A stretch of DNA of 64,000 nt from an uncultured Chloroflexia bacterium (GTDB lineage Bacteria > Chloroflexota > Limnocylindria > Limnocylindrales > CSP1-4). Made by a program: the position numbers and the translations under genes. Each line of letters starts with the position of its first letter. Position 1 is the first letter of the stretch. Below, one piece after another: positions 37,157 to 46,600 of the stretch. The stretch spans positions 672,001 to 736,000 of the forward strand of contig OY970218.1 in the NCBI GenBank assembly GCA_963713975.1. Direction: 5' to 3'. Below the pieces are notes generated by a model. That model was given only the letters and a program-made list of their open reading frames with translations, did no database searches and was not told the origin of the DNA.

Positions 37157-39693
37157 TGGGGACCGATCGCCGCACCTTCCTCAAGGGAACCGCCGGAGCG
37201 GCCGCCGCCATCGGGGCGGGCGGCCTCCTGCCCGTGCTCCAGCCACCGCCCGTCCGGGCCGCCCGCGACTACGACGTCCCGGCCAGCACCCTTGTCGATC
37301 GCGTCGTACGGACAACGTGCTCGCCCAACTGCACCGGCAGCTGCGGCCAGCTGGCGTTCGTCCGCGACGATGTCATCGTCAAGATCCAGCAGGCCGCGGA
37401 CTACCCCGACGAGGCCTACAACCCTCGGGGCTGCATGAAGGGCCTCTCGTACCAGAACCAGATCTACGGCTCCGACCGGATCATGACCCCGCTGGTCCGC
37501 ACCGGCGATCGTGGTTCCGGCGAGTTCCGCCAGGCCGGCTGGGACGAGGTCCTGGACCAGATCGCGGCCGACTTCACGAGGATCGGCGAGACCTACGGAT
37601 GGGATTCCATCCACGTCTTCGGCCAGGTCCCGGGCTCCGGGTACATCCAGAAGGGCGCCAACTACCGGGCATCCGCCCTCCTGGGCCTGACCCACGGCAC
37701 GAGCTTCGACTTCAACGGTGACCTGCCGATGGGCATGCCGATCACGTTCGGCGTCCAGAACGCGGAGCACGAGGCGAAGGACTGGGCGAACAGCCGGTTC
37801 CTGCTCCTGATCGGCTCCAACCCGATCGAGACCCGCATCCCGGACGTCCACTTCGTGTTCGACGCACTGGAGAAGGGTGCGCGGCTGGTGGTCGTCGATC
37901 CCAGCTTCTCCTCCACCGCGTCCAAGGCCGATGCGCACCTGCGGATCCGGCCGGGCACGGACGCCGCCCTGGGGCTCGCCCTGTGCCGCCAGGTGGTCGA
38001 GGATGGGACCTGGGATCCGGCCTTCATGACCACGTACACGGATGCCGCGCTGCTGGTCCGTGACGACACCGGCGTGCGGCTCCGCGAGGCGGACCTGGTC
38101 GACGGCGGGTCCCCGGACAAGTTCGTCGCCTGGGACACGACGAGCGCGGGCCCGGTGATCGTGGGCACGGACCGCCTGGGGTTTGCCGACGGGGTCACGC
38201 CGGCGCTCGAGGGCACGTGGTCAATCCAACTGGCCAACGGATCCTCGATCGCGGCCACGCCCGGCTTCGCCCGCGTCCGCGCCGAGCTGGACCGCTGGAC
38301 GCCGGAGGCGGCCGCCGAGATCACCGGCCTGGAGCCGGAGGCCATCGTCAAGGTCGCCCGGGCCTACGCGACCACCCAGCCCGCGGCCATCCTGATGGGC
38401 GGCGGCAGCAACCACTGGTACCACGGTGACCTGACGGGCCGGGCGTTCGCGCTGCTGGCGACGCTCACCGGCAACATCGGCCGGTCCGGGGGCGGCTTCT
38501 CCGTCTACGTGGGGCAGTACAAGGTCCGGGTGGACACCTCGCCCTGGTGGAGCCCGGGCGGCACCAAGGCACACGTGGTCCCGTCCATCTACTTCGTGCG
38601 CGGCCGGACGGAGACCATGCACCCGACCGTGCCCTACCCGGAGCAGGGCTGGCACGGCCTGTTCTGCACCTTTGCCAACATGTTCGTGCAGTCGATGGAC
38701 GTGAACCGCCTGCACGAGACGCTCGCCGGCCTGGACCTCGTGGTCGTGGTGGACCACCAGATGACCGAGACGGCCAAGTGGGCGGACATCGTCCTGCCCG
38801 CCACCACCTGGTACGAGAAGACCGACCTCACGGCGACGCCGCTCCATCCCTTCCTCCAGCTGCAGCAGCAGGCGATCGCGCCGGTCGGCGAGTCCCGCTC
38901 CGAGCTGGCGATCTGGCGCGAGATCGTGCGGCGGATCGACCCTGCCAAGGCCGCGGAGTTCTTCGACCTCGACGAGGAGGCAGCGATCGAGGAGATCCTC
39001 GTGGCCGGCAACGTCCCGGGCAGCCCCACGGAGGGCATCACCCTCGAGCAGCTCAAGGCGGGTCCCGTGCGGCTCAAGGTCCCGGACCCCGACATCCCGT
39101 TCCTCGCCCAGATCCAGGACCTCGAGCCGTTCCCGCCGCGGTCCCTGCCCGCGGCGCTGGAGGCGACGGCCGCGTTCATCCCGACCCGCAGGATCGAGTT
39201 CTACAAGGAGGAGGAGCGGTTCCAGGAGCTGGGTGAGACAGTGCCCACCTACCGGCCACCTCACGATGACATCGTCCACGACCCTGCGGAATGGCCGATG
39301 CAGCTCCTCTCCCCGCACAGCAAGTGGCGGATCCATTCCTCGTACGCCAACAACGCCTGGCTCGAGGAGATCCACGGCGGCAAGCCCGAGGTCTTCATCT
39401 CGCCGGTCGACGCGTTCGCTCGCGAGATCGAGACGGGTGACCGCGTCCGCGTCTGGAACACCCGCGGCCAGCTCGAGGCATGGGCGCACGTGACCCCGTC
39501 CGAGCAGCCGGGCTCCATCACCCTCTACGAGGGCTGGTGGCCGCGCCAGTTCGCGAGCGGCAAGGGCGTCAACGAGCTCACCTCGTCGGAGGTCAATCCC
39601 ATCCACGAGGTCCACTACGTCGGCAACATGTGGTGTCCCTCCACCGGCTGGAAGGACTGCCGGTGCGACATCGCGAAGGCGGGTGATGCCTGA
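37156..39693 (+). CDS. Tat-exported Mo-bis-PGD oxidoreductase, type II (Nar/Pcr/Ser/Ebd-like) catalytic subunit
   Basis: DRRTFLK; CSPNCTGSC...PRGCMKG; GDLP Asp ligand; PHSKWRIHS. Confidence 0.9.
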   Translation: MGTDRRTFLKGTAGAAAAIGAGGLLPVLQPPPVRAARDYDVPASTLVDRVVRTTCSPNCTGSCGQLAFVRDDVIVKIQQAADYPDEAYNPRGCMKGLSYQNQIYGSDRIMTPLVRTGDRGSGEFRQAGWDEVLDQIAADFTRIGETYGWDSIHVFGQVPGSGYIQKGANYRASALLGLTHGTSFDFNGDLPMGMPITFGVQNAEHEAKDWANSRFLLLIGSNPIETRIPDVHFVFDALEKGARLVVVDPSFSSTASKADAHLRIRPGTDAALGLALCRQVVEDGTWDPAFMTTYTDAALLVRDDTGVRLREADLVDGGSPDKFVAWDTTSAGPVIVGTDRLGFADGVTPALEGTWSIQLANGSSIAATPGFARVRAELDRWTPEAAAEITGLEPEAIVKVARAYATTQPAAILMGGGSNHWYHGDLTGRAFALLATLTGNIGRSGGGFSVYVGQYKVRVDTSPWWSPGGTKAHVVPSIYFVRGRTETMHPTVPYPEQGWHGLFCTFANMFVQSMDVNRLHETLAGLDLVVVVDHQMTETAKWADIVLPATTWYEKTDLTATPLHPFLQLQQQAIAPVGESRSELAIWREIVRRIDPAKAAEFFDLDEEAAIEEILVAGNVPGSPTEGITLEQLKAGPVRLKVPDPDIPFLAQIQDLEPFPPRSLPAALEATAAFIPTRRIEFYKEEERFQELGETVPTYRPPHDDIVHDPAEWPMQLLSPHSKWRIHSSYANNAWLEEIHGGKPEVFISPVDAFAREIETGDRVRVWNTRGQLEAWAHVTPSEQPGSITLYEGWWPRQFASGKGVNELTSSEVNPIHEVHYVGNMWCPSTGWKDCRCDIAKAGDA

Positions 39694-40406
39694 TGGCCGA
39701 CGAGAAGATCTCCCCGGTCGAGGCCCTCTCGCCGGCATCGCGGGCGTGGGGCGAGATCGACCCGCACTCCGACCACCCCCGTTGGGGCATGGTGGTGGAC
39801 CAGGAGCGCTGCATCGGCTGCTGGTCGTGCGCCATCATCTGCAAGGGCGAGAACGACATCCCGCTCGGGATGTGGTGGAACCGCATCCTCACCGAGGGCG
39901 AGTCCCTGGACCAGCCCGAGGTGATCCGTGGCCAGGGGCTGGAGATGGCCTGGCTGCCCCTTGCCTGCCAGCACTGTGGCAATGCGCCGTGCGTGAAGGT
40001 CTGTCCCGTCCAGGCGACCTATCACCGCAGCGACGGGCTGGTCATGCAGGACAACGACCGGTGCATCGGATGCCGCTACTGCATGATCGCCTGCCCCTAC
40101 GGCGTGCGCACCTTCAACTGGGGCGTGGCCGAGCGGCCCACGTCGTACGAGACGGGCATGGTCCCGGCCCGCGACCTGGGCACCGTGGAGAAGTGCACGA
40201 TGTGCGTCCATCGGCTGGCCGAGGACCAGGTGCCCTCGTGCGTCTGGTCATGCCCGGCGCAGGCGCGGATCTTCGGCGACCTCAATGACCCGGTGGGCCG
40301 CGTCTCGACGCTGATCGTCGAGCGTGGAGGCGAGCGCCTGCTCGAGGAGTCCGGCACGGATCCGTCGGTCTACTACCTGCCGCCGCGCCGGAGGTCCCCG
40401 CTGTGA
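39693..40406 (+). CDS. 4x[4Fe-4S] electron transfer subunit (NrfC/PsrB/DmsB-like)
   Basis: CIGCWSC, CQHCGNAPC, CIGCRYC, KCTMC, CP..AR.FGD. Confidence 0.93.
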   Translation: MADEKISPVEALSPASRAWGEIDPHSDHPRWGMVVDQERCIGCWSCAIICKGENDIPLGMWWNRILTEGESLDQPEVIRGQGLEMAWLPLACQHCGNAPCVKVCPVQATYHRSDGLVMQDNDRCIGCRYCMIACPYGVRTFNWGVAERPTSYETGMVPARDLGTVEKCTMCVHRLAEDQVPSCVWSCPAQARIFGDLNDPVGRVSTLIVERGGERLLEESGTDPSVYYLPPRRRSPL

Positions 40407-41704
40407 GCGCCGCCATCACGCCGACCGGGCTCCAGGACGCGGTCGAGGCGCCGCCGGCCAGCGACGGCACGGCCGGCCGTCGACCCAGGCGAGCGTTCCT
40501 CCTCTGGGTGGCCCTGCTCGTCGGCCTGATGGTCGCCGGCATCGCGGCCTTCGCCTACCAGTTCCAGAACGGCCTGATCGTCACCGGCATGCGCAACACC
40601 GTGATGTGGGGCCAGTACATCCTGTTCTTCATGTTCTTCGTCGGTCTCTCGGCCGGCGGCCTCATCGTCGCGTCGGCCGGGCGCCTGTTCGGCGTCAAGG
40701 CCTTCAAGCCGATCACGCGCCTCGCGGTCCTCGAGGCGACCGTCGCCGTCATCCTCGCGGCCGTCTTCATCCTCCCCGACCTGGGGCGCCCGGAGCGGAT
40801 CCTCAACATCCCGCTCTACTTCAACCCCACCTCCCCGATGGTCTGGGACATCGCGATCGTCATGGTCTACATGACGATGTCGACCTTCTACGTCTGGCTC
40901 TACGCCCGGGCGGACCTGGCCCGGCGTGGCTCGTGGCTGGCCTTCGGCAGCGGGACCTCAGAGCGCACCATGGCCCGTGAGGAGCGGGCGAAGACGGTCA
41001 TGGCCTGGGTGGCGCTCCCGGCCGCCATCATGCTCCACTCAATCACGGCCTGGATCTTCGGCCTCCAGATCGGCCGCGGCTTCTGGTACAGCTCGATCAT
41101 GGCGCCGATGTTCATCGCCTCGGCCCTCGTGTCGGGGATGGGGCTGGTGATCCTGCTGGCGCTGGTGCTCCGCCGCCTGCGGCGGTTGTCCTTCGACAAC
41201 AGCCTGGTGGCGCTGTTGGGCGGCCTCCTGGGCGTGTTCATCGTGGTCGAGGGGTTCCTGCTCCTCGCGGAATACCTCACCGCGAGCTACCCGGGCGCGC
41301 CCGAGGGAGAGGCGGCGGCCCGCATGCTGGCTGGACCGTATCTGCCGCTGTTCCTGTTCGAGGTCGGGGGCGGGCTGGTCGTGCCGTTCCTGATCCTGGC
41401 GATCCGGCCCCTGCGCAACAACCCGCGCTGGGTGGCGCTCGCATCCGTGATCGCCATCGTGGGCATCTTCTCCCACCGCCTCAACCTGGTCCTCAACGGG
41501 CTCTCGGTACCGAACATCAAGCTGCCACCGGGACTCCCCATCGGGGTGGCACAGGACGATCCGGCGTCGTCGTTCGCGATGTACTACTGGTATGTGCCAA
41601 CCGTCATCGAGTGGCTCGTCGTGATCGGCGTGCTGGCGTTCGGGGCCCTCCTGTTCACGCTGCTCGCGCGATTCCTGCCGATGCAGGAGCCCGCGGCTCA
41701 CTGA
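40403..41704 (+). CDS. NrfD/PsrC-family membrane anchor
   Basis: WG.YI..FMFFVGLSAG, DLGRPER, SPMVWD, ~10 TM. Confidence 0.92.
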   Translation: MSAAITPTGLQDAVEAPPASDGTAGRRPRRAFLLWVALLVGLMVAGIAAFAYQFQNGLIVTGMRNTVMWGQYILFFMFFVGLSAGGLIVASAGRLFGVKAFKPITRLAVLEATVAVILAAVFILPDLGRPERILNIPLYFNPTSPMVWDIAIVMVYMTMSTFYVWLYARADLARRGSWLAFGSGTSERTMAREERAKTVMAWVALPAAIMLHSITAWIFGLQIGRGFWYSSIMAPMFIASALVSGMGLVILLALVLRRLRRLSFDNSLVALLGGLLGVFIVVEGFLLLAEYLTASYPGAPEGEAAARMLAGPYLPLFLFEVGGGLVVPFLILAIRPLRNNPRWVALASVIAIVGIFSHRLNLVLNGLSVPNIKLPPGLPIGVAQDDPASSFAMYYWYVPTVIEWLVVIGVLAFGALLFTLLARFLPMQEPAAH

Positions 41705-41782
41705 ACCGCTGGTCCGCCGGAATGCCCGTTGGGGTCGGCGGCGAGGCAGGCGCCCGGCGGTCGGGCGCGGCGGGCCCGGCGG

Positions 41783-42394
41783 TCATCCGCCGCGCGCGCT
41801 CCCCCAGCGCCACTGGATGGAGCCCGTGTAGCAGTGATCCAGGTACTCGCACAGCGCCCGGGACATGTCCCATGTGCGCCCGGCGACATACGGCCCACGA
41901 TCGATGACGGGGACGGTGACCTGGCGGCCGTTCGCCGGGTTCCTGAAGGTCACCCGGGTGCCGCACGGCAGGCTCCGGTGCGCCACCCCCATGATCGTCC
42001 GCGAGTAGGCCTGGCCGCACGCGGTCCCGGAACCGTAGAAGCCGGGGCCGTACCAGCTGATGTCCGGGTCAAAGCGCCAGGTGTTCTTCCGCTGGACGCG
42101 CGCCTTCTGGGTCCGCTGCCGCACGACGGGCCGGGCGGTTGGCGCAGGGCTCGTGTCCGGCTCGAGCATCGGCGAATCGGGCCCCAGCCGTCCGGCTGAG
42201 CCCGTCTCCTGGTCACGTCGGGGAATCGCCGTCGCCGTCGAACCGACGGGCAGCGCGATCGTGACGGCCGTCAAGGCGGCCGCGTCGATCGTCCGGGCGG
42301 AGCTCGGGGCACTCGAGCCCGCTGGTTCTGGTACGGCGACCAGGGCGGACGCGGCCATGAGAGCCGCGAACGCGACGATGATCCTGGTTCGCAC
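41783..42394 (-). CDS. RlpA-like DPBB lytic transglycosylase domain protein, secreted
   Basis: SWYGPGFYG..TACG, VAHRSLPCGT, IDRGPY. Confidence 0.88.
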   Translation of the reverse strand: MRTRIIVAFAALMAASALVAVPEPAGSSAPSSARTIDAAALTAVTIALPVGSTATAIPRRDQETGSAGRLGPDSPMLEPDTSPAPTARPVVRQRTQKARVQRKNTWRFDPDISWYGPGFYGSGTACGQAYSRTIMGVAHRSLPCGTRVTFRNPANGRQVTVPVIDRGPYVAGRTWDMSRALCEYLDHCYTGSIQWRWGSARGG

Positions 42395-42483
42395 GATGCC
42401 CGCGCAGGGTACCGGGCACGGGCAAGGTGCGCCAGCACGCACCAGCGCCGGCCCGTTCCCGTCGCCACGCTAGGCTGGCCGGC

Positions 42484-43440
42484 GTGACGAACGATAGGGT
42501 GGCGACGACCCCGGACGGCGAGCGAGTCCTCGACGTGACGGTGCCCCTGGACCTGCGCCTGACCCTTGGCATCCACCAGCGGGGCGCGGCCGATCCGGCC
42601 ATGCGGTTCGAGGTGTCGGGCTCGGCCTGGCGTGCCACGCGCACGCCGCAGGGGCCCGTGACGCTGCTCGTGGAGGCGCGTTCGGGTGGTGTCCGCGCCC
42701 GGGCGTGGGGTCCGGGCTCCGGCTGGACCCTGGACCACCTCGGTGACCTGCTCGGACTCGACGACGATCCCGCCGCGCTTGTCCCACGCCACGAGGTGGT
42801 GGCCGTGGCCGCACGACGCGCCCACGGGCTCCGGTTCGGGTGGAGCGGGGCCGTCCTGGAAGCGCTCGTTCCTGCGATCCTGGAGCAGAAGGTGACGGGC
42901 GATGAGGCCCGGCGGACCTATCGCGGGCTGATCGCGAACTACGGGGAGGCCGCCCCGGGCGGGTTCGGGCTCCGGCTCCAGCCGACGGCGGATGTGCTGG
43001 CGGCCATCCCGTACCACGCGTTCCATCCTTTGGGACTGGAGCGACGGCGGGCCGAGCTTGTCCGGGCGGTCTGCCGCGACGCCGCGCGCCTCGAGCGCCT
43101 GGGCAGCGTCGCCGCAGGCACGACTGCCGACCCCACGGCACGGGCGGCCGCCTATGCCGCGCTGCGGGCCGTTCCGGGGATCGGACCATGGACCGCGGCC
43201 GAGGTCGGCGCGCGAGCATTCGGGGATCCGGACTCGGTCAGCATCGGTGACTTCCACCTCCCGAACATGGTGGCGTGGGCGCTGGCGGGCGAGCTTCGTG
43301 GATCGGACGAGCGCATGCTGGAGCTGCTCGAGCCGTACCGGGGCCAGCGCGGCCGGGTGATCCGCCTGCTCGAGCTGAGCGGCGCCAGGGCGCCCCGCCG
43401 CGGCCCGCGACTGGTGCCCCGGCGCATCGCGAACCTGTAG
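42484..43440 (+). CDS. DNA-3-methyladenine glycosylase (AlkA/HhH-GPD family)
   Basis: EAL..AILEQKVTG, VPGIGPWTA, GD.D.V..GD. Confidence 0.88.
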   Translation: MTNDRVATTPDGERVLDVTVPLDLRLTLGIHQRGAADPAMRFEVSGSAWRATRTPQGPVTLLVEARSGGVRARAWGPGSGWTLDHLGDLLGLDDDPAALVPRHEVVAVAARRAHGLRFGWSGAVLEALVPAILEQKVTGDEARRTYRGLIANYGEAAPGGFGLRLQPTADVLAAIPYHAFHPLGLERRRAELVRAVCRDAARLERLGSVAAGTTADPTARAAAYAALRAVPGIGPWTAAEVGARAFGDPDSVSIGDFHLPNMVAWALAGELRGSDERMLELLEPYRGQRGRVIRLLELSGARAPRRGPRLVPRRIANL

Positions 43441-43607
43441 TCGGGCCGAGCGGCCATAGGCCGTTCTTGGGTCCCGGCGGTACCCTGACGGTCACGGGGA
43501 CTGCAGTAGGGCTCGCCCGCGACCCGGCCGGGCCCCTTAGCGTGGCAATCGAACGAGGTCCGGGCCGGCGCTCAGACGCCGGGCGTCCCAGAGGGGTGGG
43601 ATCTGGA

Positions 43608-46600
43608 ATGGCGACACACGCACGCATGGTCGGCCTGCTGAGCGCGGTCCTCGCGTTCGCGCTGGCGGGTCCGTTGCCCGCCTCGGCTGCCACCCCGGTG
43701 GCGCCGGCGCCGGTCGAGGCCGCGGCAATGGACTCCCCCGCCGCCAATCCTGCCGACCAGGCCACACCTGCAGCCGCCTCGCCCGTCCAGGCAAACACCG
43801 ACGGCCGCACCGTGGCGGCGGTCCGGCCCACGGTGATCGATGTCCTTGCCAACGATGGTCCGGGGGCCGCCGGCCCGACGCGACCGCTGACGATCACGTC
43901 GGTCAAGCAGGACCCCGAGGTGATCCTTGGCAGCGTGACCACGGACGGGAGCACCGTCGTCTACAACCCGTACGGCTGCAACACGGGCATCGACCTGTTC
44001 AGCTATGAGATGACCGACGGCACCACCTCGGACACGGGCACCGTCGCGGTCACCATCGCCCGACCGGCCTCCATCCCCGTGACGGACATCCCGCAGCTGG
44101 GGTTCGTGAAGGGCGCCACGATCGGCAAGACCGTGCCGATGCGGCTGTCCTGGTGCGGGGTCGCCGCGACCTCCGCGTCGGTCAAGGGCTACCGCATCAC
44201 GCAGAGCACCAACGGGGGCGCCAGCTACCCCACGGTGGTCAAGAGCGCGACGACGGCTACGTCGAGCACCCGCGGCCTGGCCACGAGCCGGACGTACGCC
44301 TGGCTCGTCCGCACCACCGACAGCAAGGGCCGGACCGGGGCGTATACGCCGTCGCTCACCTCGCGCCTCACGCGCTACCAGGAGAACAGCTCCAGGATCT
44401 CCTACTCGTCCGGCTGGAAGACGTCATCGAACTCACGCTACTCGGGCAAGAAGGAACGCTACACGAGCAAGGCGGGCGCCACGGCCACCATCACGGTGAC
44501 CAATGTTCGCGCGTTCGCGATCGTGGCCTCGAAGGCGCGAGGCCGCGGCAGCTTCCACGTCTACGTCGACGGCGTCCGCGTCACCTCGGCGGCGATCAGC
44601 GAGAAGCGATCAAAGACCCAGTGGCGGAAGGTCCTGTACGTGCGCGGCCTCAGCAGCGGGGCCGGTGTCTCGCACCGGATCGTGGTCAAGGCCGTCGGCA
44701 ACGGCCGCATCGACCTCGACGCCATCCTCACCCTGTCCGGCAAGCGGGACCAGGCCATCAGCTTTGCATCGGCCGCACCAGCGAATGCCACGGTCAACGG
44801 GTCGTCCCACGCCGTCACCGCGAGCGCCGCGAGCGGACTTCCGACGACGCTGTCACTGACCTCGGCGTCCTGGGGTGCCTGTGCGCTCGCGGGCGGGATC
44901 GTCAGCTTCCACGGCGTGGGCACCTGCACGGTCAAGGCGACCCAGCCGGGTGACCAGACGTGGAATGCCGCGTCGGGCCAGCAGACGTTTGGCGTCGCGG
45001 GCATGCCACAGGCCATCACCTTCGGGGGGCTCACGGCGAAGACCTACGGCAGCGGTGCCTTCACCGTGGCCGCCACCGGCGGGGCCTCGGGCAACCCTGT
45101 CACGTTCGGCTCCCAGAGCTCCGGCGTCTGCTCCGTGTCCGGGACCACGGTCAGCCTCGTGGCGGCCGGGACGTGCACCGTGCGCGCCACGCAGGCGGGC
45201 TCCACGCAATATGCCGCCGCCACGCCGGTCGATCGCTCGTTCACCGTCGCGCCCAAGGTGCTCACCGTCATCGGGATCACCGCCATCGGCAGGGACTACA
45301 ACGGCACGACGGCCGCCTCGCTCATCACGGGCCCCGCGGTGCTGGTGGGCGTCGTGGGATCCGACAGCGTCACCCTCAACACGGCGGGCGCCACCGGCAC
45401 CTTCACCCCCGACGCCAACGTCGGCGACGACAAGACGGTCCTGGTCAGCGGTCTCGCGCTGGGTGGCACCAAGGCCGCCAGCTACACCCTCACCCAGCCC
45501 ACGACCACCGCGTCGATCGCGAAGGCGGGCCAGGTCATCACGTTCACGACGACAAAGCCTGGCTTCGCGGTCAAGGATGGCCCGACCTACACGGTCGGGG
45601 CCGCGTCCACCAGTGACCTCGCGGTCACGATCACCGTCGATCCGGCATCGGCGAGCGTGTGCACGCTCGTGGGCAACGTCGTGACCTTCGTGGACTCGGG
45701 ACAATGCCAGCTCGACGCCGATCAGCCGGGCAATGGGAACTGGAACCCGGCATCGACGGAGTTCCAGGCGATCTCGGTGGCATCGACCGGCACCACACCG
45801 CAGACCATCACGTTCGGCGCCCTCGCGAATGCCACGTACGGCACCGCGGATGTGCCCCTGGCCGCCTCTGCCTCGAGCGGCCTGCCGGTCACGCTCACCT
45901 CGCTGACGACCAGCGTGTGCACCGTTGCCGGCAACGCAGCGACCGTCGTGGCTGCGGGCACATGCCAGATCCAGGCTGGCCAGGCCGGCGACCCGACGTG
46001 GCTGCCGGCACCTGATGTCACGCGCTCGTTCACCGTCGCGCCCAAGCTGCTCACCGTCATCGGGATCACCGCCATCGGCAGGGACTACAACGGCACGACG
46101 GCCGCCTCGCTCATCACGGGCCCCGCGGTGCTGGTGGGCGTCGTGGGATCCGACAGCGTCACCCTCAACACGGCGGGCGCCACCGGCACCTTCACCCCCG
46201 ACGCCAACGTCGGCGACGACAAGACGGTCCTGGTCAGCGGTCTCGCGCTGGGTGGCACCAAGGCCGCCAGCTACACCCTCACCCAGCCCACGACCACCGC
46301 GTCGATCGCGAAGGCAAACCTCACGGTCACCGCGGCCAACAAGGCCATCATCTACGGCCAGTCCGATCCCACGTTCACGTTCACCTACGGGTCATTCGTC
46401 AACGGCGAGACCGCGACGGTCGTCGACACGCCCCCCAGCTGCGGCGTCACGGGTGCCCACACTGATGTCGCCGGCAGCCCGTATGCCATCGACTGCTCCG
46501 GCGGCGCGGACAACAACTACCAGTTCGCCCCCGTGGCCGGAACGCTGACCATCACCCCGAAGCCGCTCACCGTCACCTTCACGGCTGCCAACAGGCCGTA

